Shown here piece after piece: positions 50,272 to 63,535 of a DNA stretch of 64,000 bases (positions are counted from its first letter, which is position 1; every line of letters begins with the position of its first letter). The notes under the pieces were generated by a model. That model worked only from the letters and a program-made list of their open reading frames with translations, ran no database searches and had not been told where the DNA came from. The position numbers were made by a program, and so were the translations under genes. Where the stretch lies: assembly GCA_951804945.1 (NCBI GenBank), contig OX638151.1, forward strand, positions 61,132,001-61,196,000, written 5' to 3'. The stretch is from Podarcis cretensis. Lineage: Eukaryota.

Positions 50272-50615
50272 ACCATACCCTCCAACATTTCTCTGATGAA
50301 AATAGGGACGCCCCATTCCATATTGATAATTTTACTATTTCTACCCCACACGTCTTACTGGGTGACCCTAGCCACTCTGGGCAGATTCCAACATATATAA
50401 AAACATAATAAAACATTAAACATTAAACAAACTTCCCTATACAGGATTGCCTTCAGATGGCTCAGGGGTCAGATAACTCCATACCCTCCAACATTTCTCC
50501 AATGAAAATAGGGACATCCTAAGGAAAAGTGGAACATTCCAGGATCAAATCAGAAACCTGGACAGCTTCTCTAAATCAAGGACGTCCCTGGAAAATAGGG
50601 GCACTTGGAGAGTCT
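50272..50615. mobile_element. Composite non-autonomous element (duplicated CCATACCCTCCAACATTTCT..AAAATAGGGAC units around an L2-like tail)
   Basis: Direct repeat at 50272-50310 and 50479-50517; segment in between resembles the L2 tail at 13530-13650. Confidence 0.55.
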
Positions 50616-52648
50616 ATCAGACTTATAAATATGAACAACTGAGCTTTGCTAACAGCTGCCAAAATACATTTCCTTTTAAAAAAAACCCAGAAAGGCTATA
50701 ATTATCACTGAGTAAAGAAGTTAAGTGGCAGTGTTTGAAGATAATTTTCCCGAATGATTTAACATTTGCTGACTTTACAATCTACCTCCCCAAAAACATT
50801 AAGGGCACTATACATCCTAAGGTATCGCTTTGCTGTTCATCCATTCAACTAGAAAACCTCAGCCAATGAGTTGTTTCAATTATTTTTTCACCACTAACAA
50901 ATCATTTTAAAAGATCTACACAACACTGTTGGTGTATACAGTGAAGCAATTTACCTGCATGTTGTTGTTTTTATAAATAGCTTGCATAAACTGGAAAAGC
51001 TGGTAATTAAGGGGAAATAACAGGGCAGAAATGCAATGAAAGAAACAGGACTCAAGATAAGACTATGCAGGCAATCTGAGTTAACCAGAGGTGATGGTGT
51101 CACTAATGGTGTCCCTTGACCTTTAATTTTCTTTTATACAAGTGAAGGATTTGTGTTCATTTCAGTTGGGATTTAGAATACTGCTCTTGTGGATACAATA
51201 ATGGCAAGGGCAAAACCTGCCTTCTGCAACCAACACTGACTCACCCAGTCCTCTATGATTGGTAATACACACACTAGCCTTTGAAATCTATAAGACCACC
51301 TCTCTAGATAGAAAGAGGCACAACAGTAGAGGATTACTTCTGCTATTTTATCCTATTATATTAATCTCAAATGGGATTAATTTAATCTGATTATTTTAGC
51401 AATTTGATCCAAATGTGATCCATAACAGGGCCAACTGCATGCAGAGAAGAGGCCACAATCATATGGATACAGTGATTACTCAGCCCCAGTCTACTAAAAT
51501 TAATAATGCTCAGCTACTTCCCTTTAGTTAAATTTGTCACTGGTCGTAAAACATACTGTTTGTAACATACTGGATACTGTTTATATATATTAGCTTGATT
51601 TATACTCTGGGATACAAGTAGGCAAATTGCTCCCCATCTCTCAGCCATAATGTAGATGACTAGTTACTGACAGCAAACAAAGCAGCGAGGTTTAGCAATG
51701 AAGGTTGTTGCACCATGAGCTTATAAATCCTTCCTAATGCATTATACTTAAAGTTCACACGCAGGAGGGACCTGTATCTATAGTTTTGGGGGAGGGGGAT
51801 CTTAAATGAAACAAACATGCTTTCCCCCAATAGCAAATTTTATTTAAGCACATCCACAAACAATGTAATGCTGTACTGCAAAAGTCAAGGAGCCCATGCC
51901 CAGATACAAATAAAAATTGTAGCAACTTGGGCCCAAGTATCCCTGATGGTGCATTTTTTATTGCACCACTCATAATGGCAGCTGACAACTGGCTTGAGAT
52001 CTATATCTGAAGAACTGAAAGAGTACAATTTTAGTATTTAATTTTATGTAACAAGTTTCCCCCCTCTAAAAAAGCAGTTTGAACTAAAGAAACACAATTT
52101 ATTTTAAAACACTTTTACCTGAGATTAAGGGTGTTCCTGAAAACTTGTACCATAGCCTAACTCTCTTTCTCCATAACTGTCTCAATCATAACATGGCCTT
52201 ATAAATAATTACATAAAAATTACATTAAAATATAAGAAGAGTCCAAAGGCCTATTTATGCACACCTTTCTGATCTCAAAGCGGCCAACCAGATACTTATG
52301 GGAAGCCTGCAAGCAAGACATGAATGCAACAGCATTCTCCCCACTCATGTTTCCTAGCAACTGATAAGAGTTTGAATTTGTCTAATTGCCTTTCAAAACT
52401 TTTCAAGTTGGTGACCTTTGTTACATTTTATGGTAGTGAATTCCAAAGTTTAACTATGTGCTGATGAAAAGGTATTGCTTTTTTCCAGTTCTGAATCTTC
52501 CAAAATATTTCAGCTTCACCTCAGGTTCTGTCAGCAATATACACTCGTAACAGACTAGTCCATAACAAATCGAATGAATACCTTAGGGTAGGAATACAAG
52601 CAAGTTCAGAAAGCTGATTTACTCTTTTTAAAAATAAGTAAGTTTTAC

Positions 52649-52750
52649 CTGCTCTTCCAATAGCTCCTGCCATAAGATATTGAGCTCTTGTAGTTTGAGC
52701 CACCGCTCCTCAGTCCAGCGACAAACTGCTGTCCATCGTTCACCAAGCAC
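52649..52750 (-). CDS. UTRN: UTRN exon (DMD ex14 equivalent)
   Basis: 102 nt, cag|...|gtaaaa; [34 protein letters not shown]. Confidence 0.96.
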
Positions 52751-53202
52751 CTGCAGACAATTAAAGAAATTTCTGAAACCATGCATTCCCCTTTGAAAGC
52801 AGATAGAAAATACAAACATATAGGGTGGGATTTAGCTAATGAGTCCCAGCAGCAGAAGCCCTGCACAATGGGGCTCCAGCCCTTTTCTTCCTTTGGCATT
52901 ATGTATTGTATATGCACATATTTTTCTTTAACATAAGTTGCTTGAAGACTTTCAGGTGACAAGCATCTAATAAGTCTAATAAATAAATGTTGCTTGCTTG
53001 CCTAGAGGACAGAGAGCATCGGGTCAATGTGTGTAGAAAGAAGCCTACAGTATAAAGGTAAGATTCATATTCATTGCTCCATCTAGGTTTGCCCTGCCCA
53101 CCACTGGCATGTGGGCCCCCAGAAGGAGATGTGGCCCTTTGGCTGGAAAATGTTCCACATTTTTCCCATGCAGAGAATTATTAAATCAAGACATCCACTC
53201 AC

Positions 53203-53322
53203 CTGCAATTGATCTTCTAGGATAGCTGTAGCACTTTCACCACTGTTTTCATCAACAATGACCACCATGTGAGTCAATGAGTTTACTTTAACCTGCTCTG
53301 CTTCAAGATCATTTTGTAGCCC
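53203..53322 (-). CDS. UTRN: UTRN exon (DMD ex13 equivalent)
   Basis: 120 nt, cag|...|gtgagt; [40 protein letters not shown]. Confidence 0.96.
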
Positions 53323-54056
53323 CTGAAAGCATTGATTAAATTGTTATGAAGACCAGACATAACACTGTATTGTTTTGCTAGTGCCACCTGCTTGATTTTT
53401 GTTTAAGCAAATATTTTCCTAATGAGCCACGACTGTTTAGCCACAACCACTCTAAACAGCCTCTGCTGCTTCTGACCATATCCCACACAATATGTATAGT
53501 AACAAAATTATTTTCACCAGTGCAACCTTATCTTGCATATGTGCTCATTAAGTCACTTCTTGCAAGTGAAGATCCCCACACTCATTTTCTATGTCTAGTC
53601 ACATGAAAATGCTAGCTTGGTGCTCTGGACCACATTGAAGAGTGGGTGGCAGGAAGAACAACATTTCCTCTGTGGCAACACTTTTGGGTGCTTAAAAATA
53701 CACCTCTCCTCAGAAAAAGCACTGTGTCAAAAGGAAGATCCACACATTCCCCAGAACTACTGAGTAATATTACACAAGATCAGTCATATGAAAAATCCCG
53801 TAAGTTCTATCCAGAAGTTTTAATGGCTACACAAAGTTTCAAGGAAGCCAAGAAGTAAAATGTACTTCCAAAAAAATACAGTTCCTGAACTTTACTATAC
53901 ATGGCACAATGCCACAGTACACATGAAGGTCTAAATCCTATTTTAAAAGATGAGTTTCTATATTAACAATTCCATCCAAAGGCAACCAGGAAATCTGAGC
54001 TGTTGCAGACTATTTTTTCACTCTATCATGCTTATTACAGTAAGGGGTAAAAATAC

Positions 54057-54207
54057 TTTATGTTCATCCATCTGCTGTTGAAAGGACTCCAAGTCTTCAG
54101 CGAAGCACTGAGATTCCATCTTTTGAATGCGTCCTTCTGTAACAGTCAACCAGTCGGACAGCTGCTGCAGTTGTTTCTTCTGTAGCTCCATCAATACATC
54201 ATGGAGG
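54057..54207 (-). CDS. UTRN: UTRN exon (DMD ex12 equivalent)
   Basis: 151 nt, cag|...|gtattt; [30 protein letters not shown]...EHK. Confidence 0.95.
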
Positions 54208-54732
54208 CTGATCATGTCAAAAACACAAGGAATTATTTTTAATGTCACTTTAAAGAGGAGATTTGATGTTAAAGTAACAGTGCAATCCTCAGAAGTGAGT
54301 CCCACTGTGTTCCTTAAGTCTTACTCATAAGTAAGTACTCAAAAGATTGCAGCCTACATGAGTTGGTCAAAAGAAAAGCAACACGTTTGGAAACTGGGCC
54401 TGAAAATCTAGTCACATTTATAAGGAACTATGTTTTAAAGCAACACATAAGCCTGTATTGAACACAGAATCTGAAATACTACATTTTCATACAAAGATCC
54501 AGAGTTTAGTTCTGTGTTCATGTTAGTGTCTTGGGCGCAAAACTATTCACTACCTTATTTCCTTTCTCCTGAGCTCATTTAGATGTGCTTCCAGGCTGAA
54601 TTTAGTGTTGCGATGCATTAAGTTTATTCTAAAAACTGTTCAGTCCGCAAGGGGTTGGGTCGGAGGGGTTGACACTTAACGTGTACCATTGGAACTGGAA
54701 ACTAGTCTGTGCGTGTTCAGGGTGTCACTCAC

Positions 54733-54914
54733 TGGGACTGCCGATCCATACTGTCTACTCTGAGAGCCTCCCATCTGGAATTCAGCAACGACATTTGTTC
54801 CTGGATTTCACTTTCCTCCTCCTCTGAAAGATTGCCCTGGGCTAGCAATTGATTGCCAGCCTGCAGCACACTACCCACACTGCTCTGGTGTGCTGTCAAC
54901 TCCATCATAAAAGC
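54733..54914 (-). CDS. UTRN: UTRN exon (DMD ex11 equivalent)
   Basis: 182 nt, tag|...|gtgagt; [24 protein letters not shown]...[14 protein letters not shown]. Confidence 0.96.
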
Positions 54915-55239
54915 CTAGGGAAAAAAGATTAAACAAGTCAGATCAATCTGATCTCTCGCCATGGATAATTTTAATAACTGCATGGAATTTACAAGACTTT
55001 TAATAAACAGCAACTTGGAAATTGGAACACCACAGCAAAGGCTAGGATCAATAAAGAAACAAGCAAAAAAAAAGATGCTAAGGTGTTTCTCTCCTCATCA
55101 GGAAGCTAAAAAAAGAAATAAAATAATCAAATTAACAGTGTGATTAGTTTTCCATTAGTGTGGGAACCTCAGGTTCATGCTTCTTCTATGACAGCCTGAA
55201 ATGCTTTGGAACGGGGAGCCAACAATATGCAACATTAAT

Positions 55240-55370
55240 CACATAGGACTGATAATGCCAAGGTTGCAGGTTCGAACTATGTGCGGAAGAGCTGCATATT
55301 CCTCCACTGCAGGGGGTTGGACTAGATGATCCTCAGGGTCCTCTACAACTCTACAATTCTGTGATTCTAT
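55240..55370 (+). mobile_element. Short tRNA-head/CR1-tail SINE (POM/Squam2-like)
   Basis: B-box-like GGTTCGAA followed by GGGGTTGGACTAGATGA..CAACTCTACAATTCTGTGATTCT CR1-type tail; family name from recall. Confidence 0.65.
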
Positions 55371-55426
55371 TATTAGCTTTTCCATGCTTGCATTTTCTTT
55401 AAAGTAGCTCTGTTTCCAGGTACTGA

Positions 55427-55780
55427 GGGACACGGGTAGCACTGTGGGTTAAACCACAGAGCCTAGGACTTGCCAATCAGAAGGTTGGCAGTTCGAATCC
55501 CCGTAATGTGGTGAGCTCCCGTTGCTCGGTCCCTGCTCCTGCCAACCTAGCAGTTCAAAAGCACGTCAAAGTGCAAGTAGATAAATAGGTACCGCTCCAG
55601 CAGGAAGGTAAATGGCGTTTCTGTGTGCTGCTCTGGTTCACCAGAAGTGGCTTAGTCATGCTGGCCACATGACCCAGAAGCTGTACGCCGGCTCCCTCAG
55701 CCAATAAAGTGAGATGAGCACCACAACCCCAGAGTCGGTCACGACTGGACCTAATGGTGAGGGGTCCCTTTACCTTTACC
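55427..55780 (+). mobile_element. Sauria SINE
   Basis: Head GGGACACGGGTAGC, (ACCTTT)n tail, TSD TTTCCAGGT(A/G)CT. Confidence 0.9.
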
Positions 55781-56422
55781 TTTCCAGGTGCTAGTACACA
55801 CTGTAACTGCAAACATACCAAACAACTACCTATATATATCTGGGTGTAATCTTAAACCCACAACAGAGGTATATATCAATAAAAAAATTATAAAAGAAGT
55901 CCCAAGGCATGAGCCATTTGCAACCACTTCACAATCTATGGAAAATCCCGGTCTCTCTCAAAATATTATATTAAAAAAATAATGTTGCTATTCCATAAGC
56001 AAATGATTTCTCCATCAAAAATATTTTTCAGGAAAAGAACCAAAAGAAACCAACAAAAAATTCCCTGTAACTTCCAACGTCTAAGTAGCCCACGAACTTT
56101 AATAACATTTATATTACCGAAGAGAAATTGAACAAGAAATTGAACAAGTTCTTCTGCAACTATCTACAGAACCTGTGACCTATCAGGCTGAACACAGCCC
56201 ACAAACTATGTATGCATGGCCCATCAGGCACTTGACAACCATCCCCTTAATCCCCTTTTCTGCATTCCCAGGCAGCAGAAGGAGGAGCTTTATGAACTTG
56301 GTGGGTAACATGTGCATGACAACTATAGTTATGAAAATGATCTACTGCTGCCTAATCAAGGGATAATATTGATCAACCAACTACATACTGCAACTCTCAT
56401 AGAAACCTTATTTAACACCCAC

Positions 56423-56626
56423 TTCGTGCATAGCAAATTGTTGCTTGACTTCCTCAACATCATCAGATATGACTTCCTGTTCTTGGAATGTATCCTCGGC
56501 AGAGAGCAGCCATGTGAGAACTTCTTCCAGAGCTACTTGGTAGCTGTCCAAGTCCATATCAACTTCAGTCACAGTGCTGGGAGTTTCTGCTCTTGAACCT
56601 CCATAGTCATCTTCTGCTGTTTCACT
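56423..56626 (-). CDS. UTRN: UTRN exon (DMD ex10 equivalent), hinge 1/repeat 1
   Basis: 204 nt, tag|...|gtgggt; [50 protein letters not shown]... Confidence 0.95.
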
Positions 56627-58303
56627 CTACAGAGCAGAAAAAACAAACTCAAGAGCCACTTCTTGAAAGCTGTTTTTATAATAACACAAATGCTTATTTA
56701 ACAGAGACGTTACCACCACATAAAGGGCTGGAGTGGGGGTTGGGAATGTATGTATCAGAATCTTGTGTGTGTGCAAGATTAGGTTTTTACCCTGCAGCGC
56801 AGGAAATCCAAGGTATCTGGTTCAAGGTATGCAGGGCATGGTTATCAATAACAGATTCAATGTTAATGAAATAAATGGCAGAAATTAAGATTAGAGTTGA
56901 TATTTTACCAAAAAACCATTTGAATGATCTAGGTTTACTAGCTGACATGATTGAGTTTTGCTCTCAATGACGTTCATTTTACAAATGCATTTACACAGTG
57001 ACTTAGATAAAATATTTCTATACGTGCACAGAAGTTGCTAAAATTCCGTTATCTTACCTCCAAAAGCCTACAACATGACGACTCCACACACAGACATACA
57101 CCCTCACATTGATATTTAAAAAATGAAAACGGCTTTCATCAAGCACATTAACCATATATAAATTGTTTACTGTGATGTTAATATTTTTACTTTAGAGAAG
57201 GTTTTCATTACAATGCAGTCGTGTATAAAAATTAAAGTCATAGGTCTTTCTTCTATTAAAAAAAAATCCTAGAAAAAATTGTGGAACCCCAACACATGAT
57301 TAAAGTACTTTAGAAGTCTTATCAGCACTTCTGTCTAAAGAGATTTCAGTTGTAAAAATATCCTGTCCTTTTCAAGTACGAACTTAAGTCACAAGTTCAA
57401 TTACCGGATGCCTAAGTGCAATATGTGGCACCAAACCTGTTACAAGCATTAAGCTAGGATTTCTGACAAGTGCTTCACAAAATACATTCAAGTATATAAA
57501 ACTTAAAATAGTAACCTCTGCACACTTTCTACAACTAGCCTATCAAGAGGTAAGATGTTAACTGGTGGTATTCAAAGTTTACACTTTGTCTTATGATTCT
57601 ATGTGTTACAAGAGTTATGTCATAAAAACATTCAGCAGTATTGCCTCTTGAAAGGAACAATCATTGACTAGAGCAAAAGTCTAATAGAATTAAAAAATGT
57701 TATGGTGGCTTGACACTTAAAACAAGGACAGAACTACACATTATATATGAAGTTACATAATCTTTCCCCTTCTCCCACCAAGAGCTTTCTATTTTCAGGT
57801 AATAGTAGCTTTATGCTGACTGAAAGACCACAAGAGGTGAATGAAAGAGACCTTTCTCTTCAAATGTTAGAAGATAACAGGAGATATTTTATCTCTCAGG
57901 GAGAAAAACAGCAGGAGAGCAGGCATGATTTTGAAGGGGGGGAAACAGCTGGGATGGGAAGAGTTAAGCAGATCCTTTTACCCAAACCAACCCAACTAAA
58001 GATACAAACAGAGGAAGAATCAACTGGAAGGGCATTCTGGTCAGATAGCACTGCAAGGGAAAAGGAACCATCTTAGGCTTAGCTAAAGTCATTTCCAAAT
58101 GGTGAAAGAAATGACCCTACCATTTTGATCCAAACTCAGAAATATAGTCAGAGAAGCCTCTATTTAATGAAGAGACTGAAGCCCAGATTGAAAAGAATCA
58201 AAAACAGACTTGGTAAAAAGGGAAAGATAGACCCCTGAGTTGGCTGAAGAATTGTTCTTACGCAAATGGAAGCATCTGAAAGCAATGGAAGCTTCCACTA
58301 GAA

Positions 58304-58441
58304 CAGCCTTTCTCAACCTGTGGGTCCCCAGATGTTGTTGGACTACAACTCCCATCACCCCAAGCTAGCAAGGCCAGAGCTCAGGTATGATGGGATTTGT
58401 AGTCAAACAACATCTGGGGACCTACAGGTTGAGAACCGCTG
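58304..58441. mobile_element. hAT-type MITE
   Basis: TIR CAG..TTCTCAACCTGT.GGTCCCCAGATGTTG and its reverse complement; 8-bp TSD CACTAGAA / CACTAGAG. Confidence 0.85.
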
Positions 58442-59024
58442 CACTAGAGAAAGGGAGGAAGTGATTTTTGCTTATTTCCCGCTTCTCCTTGCAGCCTCCT
58501 ATGCTACCTCACACACTGTTCAAAAACCACTCCCCCACACCTTCCAGAGTAGATCTTTGGGAAGTAAAGGGTAACAGGGAATCAGTTAAAACTGCATCTT
58601 CTCCCACTCCCAGTGAGAGCATCCCGGGATCAGAGTTCAGCTCCCACAAACTCTAGATCCAACACATTGTCATAGAGCAATGTGCTCCAGAACTTTATAT
58701 TAAAAAGGGAAAGAAATGCATAAAAGAAAAGAGTCAGGGGATTTTAAAGACCAAGATATAAAGGGAAAAGTAAGAGAACTAGAAAACAGAGAATTCTAAA
58801 TACATAGCATAGAAGCTGGGTTGATATAGCAACAGATTTTTTATTTTTTAAGAGAAAAGTATATTGAGAGGACAAGGAGTTGTACTGGAAAAGAGAAAAT
58901 ATGAATGTGAGGCCGATAAAGTAACATCAGAAAAAAGAAGCAAAGGAAGATCATTGGATGATATGAAAGAAGAATGGAAGAAAGCTATGTATTTTTGCAC
59001 TGCATGACAGAAGCCAGAACCTAC

Positions 59025-59060
59025 TGACCGTACAAGTTTGTATGAGTACTTTTCAATTGA
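59025..59060 (-). CDS. Candidate 36-nt cassette microexon in hinge 1
   Basis: tgtcttttgtccttttcacag|TCA...TCA|gtaggt; SIEKYSYKLVRS, phase 0/0. Confidence 0.35.
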
Positions 59061-59159
59061 CTGTGAAAAGGACAAAAGACACAGGAGCTACCTGGGAGGC
59101 AACATTAAATGTCATATGACATTAAACTAAAAAAGAATTGGGAAAACATTAGCACACAC

Positions 59160-59317
59160 CATCTGTATGTCCCCTTCTTCACATTCCTTTTTATATTTCC
59201 TTGGAAGAGTCTCCACTTCTCGAATATCTTCCATGGTAACTTGCTGAGGGAGGACCTCAAACAAGGATGTCAAGTACATGATAATGGACTTTTTATCAGG
59301 AAGCTGTACAGCAACAT
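59160..59317 (-). CDS. UTRN: UTRN exon (DMD ex8 equivalent), CH2 end/hinge 1
   Basis: 158 nt, tag|...|gtgtgt; [53 protein letters not shown]. Confidence 0.93.
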
Positions 59318-59976
59318 CTAAAAACAGAAATGATATGTTTACTGGATATTCTTGCAGGTTTTCAAGCTGAAAACCATGTCCAGAGCCATAAGGCTGTCGT
59401 ATGTTGAGTTCAGGGTTTGCGGAGGGTGGGCAGAGAGATTGCAGAAATGAATCAGCAACACATGTATAGGACACTATCCACCAAGCTGAAAACCATCAGT
59501 ACTAAATTCTGTCACTTCACTCTCATTATATAGATATATTAAACACAAGACTACTGGCAGATTGACTGAAATTAATTTTTTATTTTGTTTTATTTTATTA
59601 TGTATTGCTCCTTTTCATGTTGTATTCTGGTCTGGGATTGATTTTTGTGAAGAGCAGGTTATAAATTGCCTAAGCAAATTAATAAATGTAGGCTAAGTAA
59701 ACAATATAGAAATACTGAAGTCTTTGCAGCAACACTCTTCTTTTTTTCATATTCAGTATTGGATTGCATTCCACTGTAGTCCTACCCAAAGCAGACCCGC
59801 TGAAATTAATGGACATGACTAACTTAAGGCACATTAATTTCAGTGGGTTTACTCTAAACAGAAGTTAGCCAATTATAACCCATTACAGTCATCTTAAATG
59901 CATAAACATATAATCAAATTTAAAAAAACCATCATCCAGACATAAGTGTACTCAGTTGCAAAGAATCATCTTCTAC

Positions 59977-60092
59977 CTTCAGGATCTAACAATTTTTCTA
60001 TCCCCAGGCGATTTTTGGCTATGTTGAAGGCATGTTCTAGTCTGTCAACTGGAGCCATTTTAGTTACTTTATCCCAGCTAAAGAGCTCGGGC
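59977..60092 (-). CDS. UTRN: UTRN exon (DMD ex7 equivalent), CH2
   Basis: 116 nt, tag|...|gtagaa; (K)[38 protein letters not shown]. Confidence 0.96.
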
Positions 60093-61627
60093 CTAAAATC
60101 AAAAGAGAAAACAAAATAAGGGAAGAAAAAAAGGAAGACAACTTGCTTATTCATTCAACACTTGAATCAAGCGGTTATATGTACCATGCGTCCATTATGT
60201 CAAATACCACATACAAGAGAAAGATCTGTGCATATGCTGATGGATATGGTTACTTATTTCTCCGGAAGGAAACTAACATTTCAAGGTCCCCGGAATTTAG
60301 TTCACTTTCAATCATACGGACAGAACTTACATTCAACCTACTTATTGATCCCAATAATCATGCTAAAGAAATCAGACTCAATCGTTGGGTATATTTTAGG
60401 CAGCATGCAGGTGTGCTGCTAATGCAAGGCAAGGCAGCCCTCAATTAATTCTTTGAACAACTTGCTGTTTTCAAAAGTGCTGAATATTTAGTTGAGTTTA
60501 CATGTAGTACTAAGCTAAAACATGGCCTGCTGCAAGCACATAGGCTCCCAAAGAGGATACTCCAGTCACTTTGCTCTTTTTCTGATCATTCTGTTGCTGT
60601 GAGCTAAGTAAGCCATGGACTGGCTTAGTATGTCACCTGTTCCTGTTCTCATGTTTTATCTCTTCCAGACAAATTGTGAGCTGAAAACCAAGAGCAAACT
60701 TTGCTTACCACTCATGATTTGAGTGGAATGAGAACCAACAAGACCATTTGGACAATGCACTAAGCCAAACCATGGTTTAGCTTGTAGCAGGCCCAGACAA
60801 AGAGTAAATATCCACAATCTCATCTCCAGGAACACATGCATTCATGCTAAGCCATGGTTATCTTAGCATTAATATATAAACTGGGCCAATATGACCTTAC
60901 ATGACTAAATTACTTGTGACTGAATCCCATTACAATGGGACTTAAATTAATTGTGACTAACTGGTTCCATTGTTTTAATGATACTTAGTTATTATTATCT
61001 TTTGGTAGTGGTGGCCCTCACCATACATCTTCACCCCAACAAAATGAACCTTGAAATTTATTTCAACAGTTCCATGGTTTTCAGTGGAACAATATTGCAG
61101 TCTTAAGCTGCAAAGTGGAAAATAAATGACCTTTATTCATTTCATAATATATGCATCTATGAATAAATAGTGAGAAGGCACAAGATGGAAGTATTAGTAT
61201 TGAGCTGAGATTTCTTTTTTAAAAAAAACCAAAAAACTAAATGTTTTCTTACTTTCCCTTGTGTGTTTTTAAAAAGCAAAAACAAAGAACATACATTACT
61301 GGCTTTGACTGTTGCTCATCACTCAAACATAGTAACCTCAACATTAAAAAAGGCACTCAGCTTTCTTTCCAGCTAACATATGCCAAAGTGGGCATTAAAA
61401 CAATTCCAAGTATTTTTTTTTACCTTATTGAGAACTGAGTGTAAGCTTTGTGCTCTTTAGGAAAATGTTGTATTGGCAGTTTTCTTCTATTGTCATTTGT
61501 TACTGCCATTTTTTAAAAAAAATAAAAATGCATCACTTAGCATTAAATTTCCTTACCCACCCCAGGACAAAGAAACTGCAGGCACTTATTTCCTTCGAAC
61601 TGCAGCATTTGACAAGGAGCTACCTAC

Positions 61628-61800
61628 TTGTGCCTGTGGATCACAGCGTTGAAAGCAAGCCCATCTGCCCAGCTTGTGGTGAAGTTCAAAACGTTGACCT
61701 CACTGTAAGGCCTAGTAGACTGTCGCACCCAGCTCAGGAGGATCTTTTCACTATTTGTTTGCTGCAAGTCTGACATTATATCTTTCATGACATCTTTAAC
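61628..61800 (-). CDS. UTRN: UTRN exon (DMD ex6 equivalent), CH2
   Basis: 173 nt, cag|...|gtaggt; [57 protein letters not shown]. Confidence 0.97.
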
Positions 61801-62225
61801 CTGATAGAAAGCGCAAAAAGCCTTTCAAGTACATATACACAAAACAACTGCCCAAGAGTACACAGAGCCTCTGAAAACAAGATTTCCAAAACCTATGGAT
61901 CACAGCATTAGCATAAAGGACAGTGAGTCACAATCGGCCACATGAAAGAAGCATATGTAATTGTATTTGTTCATATTCATCCTTCCCATCTGTCCCCAAC
62001 TCTTTTCATTTCCAGACTTTATATTGCAGGCTCCCTGGACCTGACCTCTTTCTTTTATCCCTCCCCCATTGCTTCCAATGCCAATACAAAACTTGCACTA
62101 GTGCCCCTTAAGCTGATGATACAGATGTTAACAATACTCAGCTAGTACTTTCCCTAACTATTGGAACCCATTTTACCAGCTTCTTGGCCAGCTAAGGAGA
62201 TCCAAGAACACCACAGCCTACTCCT

Positions 62226-62268
62226 TGTGTGTGTGTGTGTGTGTGTGTGTGCATGCATGCATGCATGC
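62226..62268. repeat. Compound microsatellite (TG)n(CATG)n
   Basis: Read directly from sequence. Confidence 0.9.
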
Positions 62269-62483
62269 TGGTGAATAGCACAAGGTTTTGTCAAATGGTT
62301 TCTTACTATTAGAAGAGAGCTACTTTTCAAGTCGTTTCCCCTGTCCCTGGGGTCTCAGGATTGGTGGGACTGGTTGGATAGATGGCATGAGAGGGTTGCA
62401 GCAAAAGAAAAACTGCAGATGTGTTCCATTGCTAATTATTAATTCACTTGCAAGGACTGACATAAGGCATCAAGGTCACTCAC

Positions 62484-62576
62484 CTGCCAGTGCAAAATTA
62501 TACTCCATAACAAGCCAAGAGTCAGTTTGTGATTTCCATCAACAATGTCCGTCCCTCCTATGTTCACCAGCTCCAC
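62484..62576 (-). CDS. UTRN: UTRN exon (DMD ex5 equivalent), CH1
   Basis: 93 nt, cag|...|gtgagt; [31 protein letters not shown]. Confidence 0.97.
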
Positions 62577-63457
62577 CTGGAACACACATGCAAATATCAT
62601 TGCTTTTATTCCAGTCAACACAATTCACTTCTTTAGCCTAGCCATTTTTGCAAAGAAATAGTATAAGCTATATAACGGGATGATTTAATCCCACTTCTAG
62701 AATGTACAAGTGCAGAAGCAGTCATTAAATGTACAAATTCTAGGAGATATGCACATTTTTATATTCAAGTGTGAAATTAAAATGCCTCGCCCCAATCAAG
62801 TTGTCCCTAGAGATCGTCATCAGTGGCAACGAAATATTTATCTGGTGGCCAAAAGCAACAGCCTCTAGGGAAAGGCTTCCCCCAATTCCAGAAGCAGATT
62901 TTGGGGGAAATGTAAAGGAAGGAAGGGCATTAAATTCAGATCCAAACCTTTATATGTATAAACAGTACAAAAGTAGACAACATTCTTAATTGTGCAATCA
63001 CTTTTTAGCTTTCCGTTGTTATTTTTAAAAGATAGTTTTTTCTGATGCAGTTCAGGAGACTTGATAACTATTGATAACAAGTCAAAATTATAATTTGACT
63101 CAGCCCCTCAAAATAAGTTAGCATTCTATCCATCAATGATGCCCAAAGGCATTCAGGAACAAGAAATACAAGTTCACTTCTTGGGGGAGAAATTATCTTC
63201 TAATTATAAGTGAAGTATCATTACACATTCTCATCTGCAAAGTATAAACCACTATGGGAACCAAGTTGTAAGCAAGTTGAATTTTATGAAATTCATCTCC
63301 GCAACCCCACCCTGTCACCAACAAGACTTTTCAGGCTGCAGTCTAATTGGTAGTTAACTAATTTTAATTCATAGTTACCTTCTCTTCTCCTGTTTCGGGG
63401 GCACTGACCATTCAAGGGCACTGAACTTCTAAGCAAACATTTATTTTAGAAACTTAC

Positions 63458-63535
63458 ATTGTTCTGATGTAAAACTTGAAGTACTTTGTTGACATTATTC
63501 AAGGCATGGACTCTTGTGGATCCACGTTCTTTCAG
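63458..63535 (-). CDS. UTRN: UTRN exon (DMD ex4 equivalent), CH1
   Basis: 78 nt, aag|...|gtaagt; [26 protein letters not shown]. Confidence 0.95.

Larger units (their letters stand above)
2129..63535 (-). other. UTRN: Utrophin gene, internal portion (37 coding exons; CH domains, hinges 1-2 and spectrin rod); extends beyond both window edges
   Basis: Spliced exons give a continuous frame. Peptides match utrophin rather than dystrophin ([31 protein letters not shown]; [28 protein letters not shown]; [11 protein letters not shown]). Most exon sizes equal those of the homologous DMD exons. Confidence 0.98.

Noticed and set aside
57050-57100. Strong isolated donor GAG|GTAAGA on the minus strand
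   Set aside because: No convincing upstream acceptor giving an open in-frame exon.
2129-63535. Dystrophin (DMD) or DRP2 instead of utrophin
   Set aside because: Diagnostic peptides ([31 protein letters not shown], 116-nt ex7 equivalent, no ex9) match utrophin; DRP2 lacks CH domains.
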